DNA from: Candidatus Sumerlaeaceae bacterium
Lineage (GTDB): Bacteria > Sumerlaeota > Sumerlaeia > Sumerlaeales > Sumerlaeaceae
NCBI GenBank assembly: GCA_049968255.1
Contig: JBMFRB010000015.1
Coordinates: 1 to 22,132, forward strand
Direction: 5' to 3'
Length of the DNA stretch: 22,132 bases
In this document: in pieces, positions 1 to 8,900 of the stretch
Layout of the letters: the number at the start of each line of letters is the position of its first letter
Numbering within the stretch: position 1 is the stretch's first letter
The notes under the pieces: generated by a model
Database searches by the model: none
The model's input: the letters and a program-made list of their open reading frames with translations, nothing else
Told to the model about the DNA's origin: nothing
Translations under genes and position numbers: made by a program

Positions 1-15
1 ATAGGCGTGGGCCAT
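1..15 (-). CDS. 5' end of a gene (MAHAY...) continuing beyond the left window edge; probable partner of the GlmL-like gene
   Basis: Minus strand reads GGGAG-ctacgcta-ATG GCC CAC GCC TAT: an SD-like motif 8 nt before an ATG at 15, 79 nt after the GlmL-like stop. From memory (unverified), hypothetical proteins next to long GlmL-like genes start MAHAYTPG. Only 5 codons are visible. Confidence 0.55.
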
Positions 16-94
16 TAGCGTAGCTCCCACCGGCGGCAGGTGTGTGGTTGCCTACCCCGCGGATCCATGCCGCTCTTATAATGATTCCCTCGGA

Positions 95-1897
95 TCACGA
101 CTGCCTCCACGCGCCGATTGCTCGCGCCCATGCCATCAGCTGCTCGCGCTTCTGGCTTTGGTCCGAAGCAACTTGAATTGGCCTTCCTCGGCCATCGAAC
201 ACAATGCCCACCTTCCCCCCCCACACGCGCCGCTCCACGCGACGCCCGCGTCCGGCCCCCATATCCATCCCGCGAGCCGGTGCAATCACAAGCTTCGCTT
301 CAGCACCCTCGGGCAGCTCCACGCGCTTCAGCTCTCCGCCATGCAGCACAAGCTCCTGCGCAGCGTGGCCCGCACGCTCGATTCTTGCTTCAAGCACGAG
401 GCGGCCGGGCTTTATCCGGCCCGCGGGCGCCACCACGGCTCCCAGCGGCACGAGACAATCGCGCCAAAATACCTCCATCGCCGCTTCAGGCGCTAATTCA
501 CCCAAGACCCCAAGATGCGGCATCATAAAAATGCTGTCCACAGCAAGCTGCGTGACTCCTAACGGCTCGAAGGCATCAATCATCATGAGAGCAGCCTGCT
601 CGCGTAGCGGCGCGTGGCTAAGCACCCCCCCGCTCCCAATGATGAGATCGAGCTCCATCATGTTCACCAGCGTTTGTCCGGAGGAAGTCTGCGCAAAGGC
701 GTCGGCGACCGTGCGCCGCATTTGCACGCCCTTGAGCGTGGTGGCAAACTCTTTGTGCTGCTGTAGCGACAGCCTCAGCGCCTCGCGCGCAAGCGCCTGC
801 TCGATGACGAGATCTTCGACTAACTGGGGGATGGTTGTCGGACGAATGATCTTATTCTTCACGCGGTTGCGAATTTCTTGCTCTGGTAAATCCACCCAGC
901 TCCAGCGCGCCACATTCGCGAAACCTGCGCTCGTCAGCACATTGCCCACGCTGTAGCTCATGCCAAGGTTCGCACTCACTGTGCGGTTGAACTTGCCCCG
1001 AAATACCGAGAACACATCCGTGGTGGCCCCGCCGATATCCACTCCCAGAACGCTGATGCCACGCTCGCGCGCCACAATCTCCACTAGCTTGCCCACGGCG
1101 CCTGGTGTGGGCATGATCGGCGCATCCGTCATTGTTTTCAGTTTGTCATAGCCAGGCGCTTGCGCCATGACGTGCTCCATGAATAGCTCATGGATGGCAT
1201 CACGCGCCGGGCCCAGATTTTCGACCTCGAGCACCGGGCGGACGTTCTCCACTTCGTGGATGGCGACAAGATCATCGAGAATCTCCCGCACCACTGGCGC
1301 CGCTTGGCGATTGCCAGCGTAAACAAGCGGCAGCCGATAGCCAGAGCCAAGCCGGGCCGTCGGACGCGCTGCCCGCACAAGCTCGGCAAGCTTTGCCACG
1401 TGCGACACCGTTCCCCCGTCAACGCCACCGGCCAGCAAGATCATGTCGGGCCGCAGTTGGCGAATCCGTTGAATCTGCTGATAGGGCAAACGCCGATCGT
1501 TGCTGCAGATCGTATCCATCACGATGGCCCCCGCACCAAGCGCCGCGCGCTGCGCGCTCTCAGCCGTCATCGAGCGCACTACGCCCATGACCAACATCTG
1601 AAGACCGCCGCCCGCGCTCGACGTCGACACGTAGACGTCCACGCCCGCGTCGCCTGCAGCCGGCCGGATGAGTTTTCCGGAGTCGTCGAGCAGCCGCCGC
1701 CCCGTCACCTCCTCGAGCTCGCGCACCGCGTTGGCCACGCCCACTGTCACGTCGTCGAACGGCGCTTCCACCGTTGTTGGCGCTTCGCCGCGTGCCACTA
1801 AACGATAGCCCTCCTGGGTGCGCGCGATCAAAATCGCCTTGGTCGTCGTGCTTCCGCAATCTGTGGCCAAAATGATGTTCAGCGGCCGCTCGATCGT
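95..1897 (-). CDS. glmL: Glutamate mutase L (GlmL/MutL)-family actin-like (ASKHA) ATPase, long ~600-aa form
   Basis: Motifs ILATDCGSTTTKA, STSSAGGGL, LAGGVDGG, IMPTPGAV, VDIGGATTDVFS, RTVSANLGMSYS, IIGSGGVLSHAP and C-terminal VGIVFDGRGRP. The ORF track starts at TTG 1870, but the frame is open upstream (TIERPLNIILATD) to an ACG at 1897 after AGGGAG. Start uncertain; family call only. Confidence 0.85.
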   Translation of the reverse strand, partial: TIERPLNIILATDCGSTTTKAILIARTQEGYRLVARGEAPTTVEAPFDDVTVGVANAVRELEEVTGRRLLDDSGKLIRPAAGDAGVDVYVSTSSAGGGLQMLVMGVVRSMTAESAQRAALGAGAIVMDTICSNDRRLPYQQIQRIRQLRPDMILLAGGVDGGTVSHVAKLAELVRAARPTARLGSGYRLPLVYAGNRQAAPVVREILDDLVAIHEVENVRPVLEVENLGPARDAIHELFMEHVMAQAPGYDKLKTMTDAPIMPTPGAVGKLVEIVARERGISVLGVDIGGATTDVFSVFRGKFNRTVSANLGMSYSVGNVLTSAGFANVARWSWVDLPEQEIRNRVKNKIIRPTTIPQLVEDLVIEQALAREALRLSLQQHKEFATTLKGVQMRRTVADAFAQTSSGQTLVNMMELDLIIGSGGVLSHAPLREQAALMMIDAFEPLGVTQLAVDSIFMMPHLGVLGELAPEAAMEVFWRDCLVPLGAVVAPAGRIKPGRLVLEARIERAGHAAQELVLHGGELKRVELPEGAEAKLVIAPARGMDMGAGRGRRVERRVWGGKVGIVFDGRGRPIQVASDQSQKREQLMAWARAIGAWRQS

Positions 1898-2229
1898 TCC
1901 CGCTCCCTTTTTTCGATTTCCGCCAACAGCAGTTCAAGTGTGCCTCGGTCTTCGAGCGCCGTGGCCACTTCCTCCCAGCTGCGTCGCTCAACAAAAAGCG
2001 AAGCTAGAGGCGCCAGCGCGTGCATCGTCTGCGACGCCACAAAATTTAGCGGCCGCATCGCCTCAAAAAGGAAAATAGCCGGCGCGCTCAGGTCGCGCTC
2101 ACAGATGCGCTCCGCAAGTCTTTCCACCCACGGCGGCGACGTAAGCCTCGCTGTTTTCTCGCCACCAGACTCGGGGCTTCCCGCTATTGGCGTTGCCTCT
2201 TTCGCTGCGTTCATGGCATGCGCACCCAT
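1879..2229 (-). CDS. Hypothetical protein (~110-116 aa), first gene of the GlmL-like operon
   Basis: Protein-like helical core (ERLAERICERDLSAPAIFLFEAMRPLNFVASQTMHALAPLASLF...LEDRGTLELLLAEIE); abuts or overlaps the GlmL-like start. Alternative ATG at 2214. Confidence 0.75.
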   Translation of the reverse strand: MGAHAMNAAKEATPIAGSPESGGEKTARLTSPPWVERLAERICERDLSAPAIFLFEAMRPLNFVASQTMHALAPLASLFVERRSWEEVATALEDRGTLELLLAEIEKRERERSSGR

Positions 2230-2405
2230 TCACGAAAGCGGAATCATTTTTTCAACATCAATGTTGGAGGGCATAGTCCCGCGCCGCAAAGTGAAAAAAC
2301 GAATAACTTGTGTTGGGCGTTGAATAAAATAGTACTGCATTGGTTCTCATTTATGGCTACTCAAATGGGTCGCCAAAAACAATGAAAAAACAGAGGAGTT
2401 CGCTT

Positions 2406-2957
2406 ATGAAGAAACACGAAGCTCTCCGCGTCAAGCTTGTTTCAAGCGCTGCACTTCTTGCCGTTGCGGCGGGTGTTATCAACTTTGTTTCACCGCAAGT
2501 GGCTTTCGCCGGCGAACATGACCAAAAAACCACACACACTGCTCACATGTGCGTGGTCGACACAGCGAAAAAGGCCGGCCAATTCAACACGCTTCTCGCC
2601 GCGCTCAAGGCTGCAGATCTCGAATCCGTCCTCCGCGGCGATGGCCCTTACACGGTTTTTGCTCCCACGGACGAAGCGTTTAAAAAGCTGCCAGAAGGAA
2701 CGGTTGAGAACCTCCTGAAGCAGGAAAATAAGGACAAGCTCAAGGGCATCCTGCTCTACCACGTGGTGCCTGGTAAGGTCTACGCGAAGGACGTCGTGAA
2801 GCTTAGCTCGGCCAAGACAGCCAACGGAAAAGAAGTCAAGATCACGGTGGATGGCGAGAAGGTCAAGGTCGACGACGCTCAAGTGGTGAAGACCGACATC
2901 GAGGCACGCAACGGCGTCATCCACGTGATTGACAAGGTCATCCTGCCCAAGGACTAA
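2406..2957 (+). CDS. Secreted fasciclin (FAS1) domain protein
   Basis: SD GAGGAG (2393-2398) before ATG 2406; signal peptide ending AFA-G; FAS1 motifs [30 protein letters not shown] and [18 protein letters not shown]. Confidence 0.93.
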   Translation: MKKHEALRVKLVSSAALLAVAAGVINFVSPQVAFAGEHDQKTTHTAHMCVVDTAKKAGQFNTLLAALKAADLESVLRGDGPYTVFAPTDEAFKKLPEGTVENLLKQENKDKLKGILLYHVVPGKVYAKDVVKLSSAKTANGKEVKITVDGEKVKVDDAQVVKTDIEARNGVIHVIDKVILPKD

Positions 2958-3058
2958 CTCGTCAGCTCGGGACAGTGTTCTCCGCTGAGCACTTCTCGTA
3001 CCTGAAGAAAAGAAATGACCCACAGAGAGGAAAGCCGGATAGAACCACTGAATGACCG

Positions 3059-3089
3059 AAAGGGCCGAGCGATGCTCGGCCCTTTTTTT
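3059..3089 (+). terminator. Intrinsic terminator after the fasciclin gene, possibly bidirectional
   Basis: AAAGGGCCGAGC-GAT-GCTCGGCCC-TTTTTTT: perfect GC-rich stem plus T7, between the convergent fasciclin and dxr genes. Confidence 0.85.
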
Positions 3090-3436
3090 ATGCCTTAGCG
3101 TCTCAAGCGAGACGCCGCTACCTCCGCTCCCCCACAGCGCAACGAAATGTTTTCAATTCCTGGGTTTCGCCATCGCACAGATAACCATTTATAACCCCAC
3201 CACGTTGCTGCTCGGCTTGCCTCGTGAGCATCAAACCGTATGACTGCGCAATGCTTGTCCGTGCCAGCCACTCAGCTCAGGCGATAGCTCGGATCATGCT
3301 TGCGACACCTCTATGTTTTTCCAGGCAGTCCAAGAAGAAGTTTGAAGGGCACGCCCGATACCACTTCTTGAGCGAAGACGTGAATCGAGTTGCGTCGAAT
3401 TCCCCCTTCTCGAGCTCGCGGACCGAGCAACTCGCC

Positions 3437-4594
3437 TCAGGCCGGCCGCTCCCACTTCTGTGCCTGCTTGCGAGCCCACTCATCTGCTGCCATGATTTCC
3501 TCTAGCGATGCTGCCGCCTGCCCCTCGTGCGCATCAAGCACGTTCCGGATGATTTCGGAAATGGCCACAAATGGGATTTCTTCCTTGAGGAAGCGCGCCA
3601 CCGCCACTTCGTTGGCTGCATTGAGCACCGTAGGATAGGTACCCCCAAGCCGCGCCGCTTCGTAGGCATAAGCCAGGCATGGAAAGTTCACCAGATCCGG
3701 CGCCTCGAACGTCAAACGTCCTACGCTCACAAAATCGAGCGGCGGAAATTTGTTCGCCACTCGCTCGGGGTAAAATAGCACGTTTTGAATTGGCAGGTAC
3801 ATGTCCGTTACGCCGAGCTGCGCGATGATCGAGCCGTCGACGAATTCCACCATCGAGTGGATCGTGCTCTGCGGGTGAATCACGACTTCGATGCGCTCCA
3901 CCGGGACATTGAAAAGGTGGTGAGCCTCAACGACCTCGAACCCCTTATTCATCAGTGTGGCGCTATCGATGGTGATCTTCGGCCCCATGCTCCATGTGGG
4001 GTGGCGCAGCGCCTCTTTGCGCGTGATGGCCAACAGACGTTCGCGCTTGGCGCCGCGAAAGGGCCCCCCCGAGGCCGTGAGCACGATGCGCCGCACCGCC
4101 TCGCGGCCGCCGCACGCCAAACATTGGAAAATCGCGTTATGTTCGCTATCCACCGGCAGGATCGCCACACCGCGGCGCTGCGCCAGCTGCATCACCAGAT
4201 GGCCGGCCGTCACCAGTACCTCTTTATTCGCCAGTGCCACCGTGCGTCCCAGCTCGATTGCCCGCAGCGTAGGTACGAGGCCCACAAACCCCACTGTGGC
4301 CACGAGCACGAGGTCGGCCTCGTAGCGCTCGACGAGTTCCGTAAGTCCCTCGCGTCCCATATGCAGCGCCGCGCCACTCGTCTGGGCGATGTGGCGTGCC
4401 TCGTTGGCCTTCTCCTCGGCGCAAACGCAGATCGCCTGGGGACAATGCCGCTTTGCTTGCTCCGCCAACAGTCCCGTCTGGCAATTTGTGCTCAGGGCCA
4501 CCACCTCAAAGGCACCGGGAAAATCCTCGATCACCTGCAGTGTCTTAGTCCCGATCGAGCCCGTGGAACCCAAAATGATCACTCGTTTTGGCAT
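3437..4594 (-). CDS. dxr: 1-deoxy-D-xylulose 5-phosphate reductoisomerase (MEP pathway)
   Basis: ILGSTGSIG NADPH motif, LANKE, LPVDSEHNAIFQ, LTASGGPF, HPTWSMGPKITIDSATLMNKGFEVVEA, NAANEVAV. Alternative GTG start at 4612. Confidence 0.97.
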   Translation of the reverse strand: MPKRVIILGSTGSIGTKTLQVIEDFPGAFEVVALSTNCQTGLLAEQAKRHCPQAICVCAEEKANEARHIAQTSGAALHMGREGLTELVERYEADLVLVATVGFVGLVPTLRAIELGRTVALANKEVLVTAGHLVMQLAQRRGVAILPVDSEHNAIFQCLACGGREAVRRIVLTASGGPFRGAKRERLLAITRKEALRHPTWSMGPKITIDSATLMNKGFEVVEAHHLFNVPVERIEVVIHPQSTIHSMVEFVDGSIIAQLGVTDMYLPIQNVLFYPERVANKFPPLDFVSVGRLTFEAPDLVNFPCLAYAYEAARLGGTYPTVLNAANEVAVARFLKEEIPFVAISEIIRNVLDAHEGQAAASLEEIMAADEWARKQAQKWERPA

Positions 4595-5024
4595 CGTTTC
4601 TTTTTCAGTCACGTCTCATGAGCTATTTTTAGCCAATGTGATACCTGCTTGGCTTAGCGGTGAGCGCCTTCGCATCCTTCGCAAAGAGCCACCGCACAAA
4701 ATTCCGCCCTTTCCGACCACACGAAGCATTAGACGCAAGGACTCTCCGTCCTGAACTGTAAAAGCGATCATCAAAAAAAGGCCCAGAGATTACCGTTCTT
4801 GCGATTCAGCCCCATCTGGCCAACCAGCGTGCAGCTAGCTCGCGTCTCACGCACGAACATCTCGCGGCACGCGTCTTTGCACGGTCAACCACAAATTCCC
4901 GCTCTCGGCTAGGACAGCTGGTATGTCGAGCCCTGGACACACACGCATGCGTCCAAGCCGAGGCGGAAGAAGGCCGGTTGACAGCCACAATCCCGTCGTC
5001 TGCCCTGCCCCAGCTCACCTATGC

Positions 5025-5072
5025 AAAAAAAAACAAACTGCGCGCCGCACGGCAAGCGAGGGGCGGCCGCAG
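5025..5072 (-). terminator. Candidate intrinsic terminator on the minus strand
   Basis: CTGCG-C-GCCGC (5038-5048) pairs with GCGGC-CGCAG (5063-5072), 10 bp with one bulge; followed on the minus strand by TTTG-T9 (5037-5025). Confidence 0.55.
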
Positions 5073-5357
5073 AATAATATAACAATGTGCAGGGAAGGAG
5101 TTCCCCCGGTCGGAGCGTCCTCGCAAGCGGACAAGAATCGCTCGGCAGGGAGGGTCCTCGTGCGCCAAGGCACCCCCCGTAACGCAACTTTCAGAGCGCT
5201 CCGAGCAAGCGCAAGGCCCGAAGGAAACCATGCAAGGAAGACATGGTGCACATCCCTGGGGCCATAGCCTGGCAACGCGGCACTGGGGTGGAGGCGCCAC
5301 AAGCCGCGGAGTGAACCCACTACCACAACATTTTGCCCTTAGCTTCAGCAACGTGTG
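5025..5357 (-). ncRNA. Candidate structured non-coding RNA or leader, family unassigned
   Basis: Lies between a sigma70-like promoter candidate and a terminator, contains nested complementary segments and a C(UUCG)G loop, and has no convincing ORF. No RNase P, tmRNA or SRP hallmark recognised. Confidence 0.3.
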
Positions 5358-5363
5358 CAATAT

Positions 5364-5392
5364 ATTGTAGGACAAAATCGCGCCGTTGTCTT
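5364..5392 (-). promoter_or_regulatory. Candidate sigma70-type promoter pointing toward dxr
   Basis: Minus strand AAGACA-N17-TACAAT (-35 at 5392-5387, 4/6 match; -10 at 5369-5364, 5/6 match) in a locally AT-rich patch. Confidence 0.4.
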
Positions 5393-5917
5393 TTTCTCCT
5401 TGCGTAGCCCGGGATGTGAAACGGAAAATTCGTAAACGAAGAGACAATGCCGGCGTCCGTTTTCAGAATGATTTTTATGTGCCGCCTCGCGCGGGACCCC
5501 GGCATAACGGCGCAAAAGGTGCTTTTGCCAGGCACGCCGAACATGCGAAGGGCTGTGGCGCCCGTGGCAAACTCTTGCAACGGACGCCGAAAGGAGAGAT
5601 GTTGTCACGATGGTCATAAGTTTGCACTGAGCTAGATCATGGGTAAGCGCCGCCGCGCCGGAGTGAGGCACAGCGTGCTCGTGGCCGCTAAGCGGGGCAG
5701 CCGCAGCAGAAAACCGGTTACTCGCGCAGTTCCTAAGGGTTGTGCAGTTGCGTACGATTGTGGCGAAAGGACTGCCCCTTGCATAAAGGAGATCGAACAC
5801 GTGCACCATCGTTGGGAAAGAAAAGGGCAGAACAGCACGGCGGGCGATGGCGCGCGGAGGATCTGGACAAAAAAGCAAAAGTTTACGCAGATGTGGCAAC
5901 GAGGTGGATAAGCTGAC

Positions 5918-8900
5918 ATGCAGTTTTTCAAGCGACTGGAGCTTCAGGGGTTCAAGAGCTTCGCAAACAAAACGGTGGTCGAGTTTCTGCCGGGAGTGAC
6001 CGTGATTGTGGGGCCTAACGGCAGCGGAAAGTCGAACATTTTCGACGCTATCCGTTGGGTGCTGGGCGAGCAAAGCGCGAAGAGCCTGCGCGGTACGCGC
6101 ATGGGTGATGTCATCTTCAATGGTTCCGCCTCGCTCAAGGCCACGGGGCTGGCAAAGGTTGAGCTCGTGCTGGATAACTCGCGCCGTCACTTGCCGATTG
6201 ATTTCGACGAAGTCAGCATCGCGCGTCACCTCTATCGCACGGGCGAAAGTGAATACCTGCTGAACCGCACCGCATGCCGCTTGAAGGACATCGCGACGCT
6301 GCTCATGGATACGGGCATCGGCACGGATAGTTATTCGGTGCTCGAGCAAGGACGCGTGGACGCCATTATCAATTCGCGTCCATTGGAGCGGCGCATGCTC
6401 TTCGATGAAGCCGCAGGCATCTCAAAATACAAAACAAAGAAAGAAGAAGCGCTAGCAAAACTCCAGCGCACAGAGGAGAGCCTTGTGCGGCTGGCGGACA
6501 TCATTGCAGAAGTGCGCCGTCAGATCAACTCGCTCAAGCGCCAAGCCGCAAAGGCCGAGCGCTACAAGCGCCTGACGGCTGAGCTGGATTTGCTCGAGAA
6601 GGAACTCTTGGCACGCCAGTATCGCGCCCTGCTCGAGGAAGTCGCGGGCGTGGAGGCAAACTACACAACGCTTGAGCAACGAGTGACGGGCCTGCGCCAG
6701 CAGATGGCGCAACTGGAAGAGAAGCAGGAGGCCGTGCGGCGCAAAAGCGAGGAAATCCACGCCGAATTTGAGCAGGTACGCGTGGAATCCTTCGCCGTGG
6801 GGACACAATTGGCCCAGACGCAGAGTCAGATCGAGTTGCTCGAACAGCGAGACGCCGATGCGCAGAGTCGTGCTTCCACGCTCGAACGCGAAATGCAGGC
6901 GCTTCGTGAGCGCCTCAATCAAATTCAGGAGCAACTTGCACAATTGCAGCGCGAACGCGATGATCACCGCGCCGTGGTGGCTCAGCTGGAGGAGGACTAT
7001 CGTGTACGCAAAGCCGAGCACGACGCGCTGAAATCGCAATGCGACGCAGCGAGCGTGGAGGCCATGGAGTTGCGCCGCAAGATCACCGAGCTGCAAGGAC
7101 GCAAGGCCACGCTCGAGAGCCAACGCCAAGTGGCGCACGCCATGGAGGCCAAACTGCGCAACGAGTTGGAACAGTGCGAAGCGGACGAGCGGGCTTTGGC
7201 GCAGCAGATGGAGGCACTGGCGATCGAGCGCGAGGAGCGGCAGGCCGCGATGGAGGATGCGCTTCAGCTTCTCGAGGCCCTAAAAGCAGACCTCGGCGCA
7301 AAACGCGATGAGCTGGCCGTGGCCGAGAACGAACTACAAAAGCTGCGCGGCGAACTCTTTGAGCTCCAGCGCCGCGAACAAGTTTGCCGTTCGCGCCACG
7401 ATGCCCTGGTCGAGCTACAAGAGAATTTCGAAGGCTACTATGGCGGCGTGCGCGAAGTCATGCTGCGCGCAAAAGCTGGTGAGCTGCGCGGCATCGTGGG
7501 CGCTGTCTCGACACTGCTCGAGGCCTTGGATGAACACGAACTGGCCATCGAGGTGGCGCTCGGTTCCCAGGCGCAGGACATTGTAGTGGAGACGGCTGAA
7601 CACGCGAAAACCGCCATCGAGTGGCTGAAGAAAAGCGGCCGTGGCCGAGCGACATTCTTGCCACTTGATCTGATCGAAGCACGCGAGCAGCCGCCGCGTT
7701 GGAGCGAAATGCGCGGGCGAGCGGGCGTGATTGGTCTGGCCTCGGAACTCGTGCGCTACGACGCTCGCCTTGAGCGTGCCGTTAGCTATTTGCTCGGCGG
7801 TGTGGTGGTGTGCCGCGATCTCGACACCGCTGTCGAGCTCAAGCGGCAAGGTTTCCGTGCCCGGTTCGTCACGCTCGAAGGCGAGCTCGTGGTGCCGCAG
7901 GGTGCCATGACTGGCGGGAGTGTGAAAAGCCAGGGACTTCTGCACCGCACGCGCGAGATTCGCAAGCTCGGCGAAGAGCTTGAGAACATCCGGCAGCGCG
8001 AGAAACTAGCGGCTCAGCAGGCTGAGAATGTGGCACAGCGCCTCAAGCAGTTGCGCGAGGTGCACGACAAGCTCGTGCGCTCGGCGAATCAGCAAGAAAT
8101 TGAGGCTGCTCATGCCACAAAAGACTTCGAAATTGCCGAGCAAAAGTTCGCCGAAAAAGCAAAAGACGTGGAGGCGCTGGCGCGTCGTCGCACAGAGATC
8201 GAGACGGAGATTGCCAAACATCGCCACAGTCAGGAGCTGGCTTTGGGGGAGCTGACACAAATCACGGAGATGACACGCGACACCGAGGAGCGGTTGAGTG
8301 CGATCGAAACGCAGACGAGCTCGCAGCAGCAAGAGCTGGCGGCCCACGGCCGCGAGCTCAACGACCTCGTGGTGCGCATGAGCACGGCGCGCGAACGCCT
8401 ACACGCGTGCGAAGATAAAATTGCTGGGCTCGAAAGCGAGCGCCTGCGCGTGATGGCTGAAGAAACAAGCCGCCGCACGCAACTCGATGATTTGCGCGAG
8501 CAACAGCAGCAGGCGCAGGTGCGAATCGAAGACTTGCGCAAGCAAGTCAACGAACTGCAGCAACGCCAACGCGCACTCGACGAGCGCCTTACCCACGAAT
8601 CAAGCCGCAAAGAAACAATCGCCCTCGATCTGTCGAAGCTCGGCGAACGCGTGCACGAACTGCGGCGCGACCTGCACGAGGCAGATAATGCATTCCACGA
8701 AGAAGAGCTGCGCCGCGCTCACCTCACAGAGCGCTTGCGCTTATTCGAGCAACAGGCCCAGGAAAAATTCCATCTCACACCAGCAGAACTGTTGGAGCAG
8801 CTGGATCAGCAATGGCAGCGAACAGCCGAAGAAAACCGGAAACCCTCGATTGAGGATCTTGAGGAGGAAGGCAATGGCTCTGCCTGGGACGTGACGGAGA

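Noticed and set aside
4770-4825. A7 tract at 4773-4779 as a second minus-strand terminator before dxr
   Set aside because: No compact stem lies directly adjacent to the U-tract.
5205-5235. GGCCCGAAGGAA resembling the SRP RNA core
   Set aside because: Lacks the conserved CAGG...GGAAGCAGC internal loop and the long enclosing helix.
5563-5600. GGCAAAC...GACGC resembling a c-di-GMP-I riboswitch, and TGGCA...TTGC resembling a sigma54 promoter
   Set aside because: No paired P2 stem with a GNRA loop; the GG-to-GC spacing is 9 nt rather than the required 10.
5345-6349. 334-aa minus-strand ORF and other ORFs antisense to smc
   Set aside because: They overlap the conserved SMC coding sequence on the opposite strand; typical GC-rich shadow frames.
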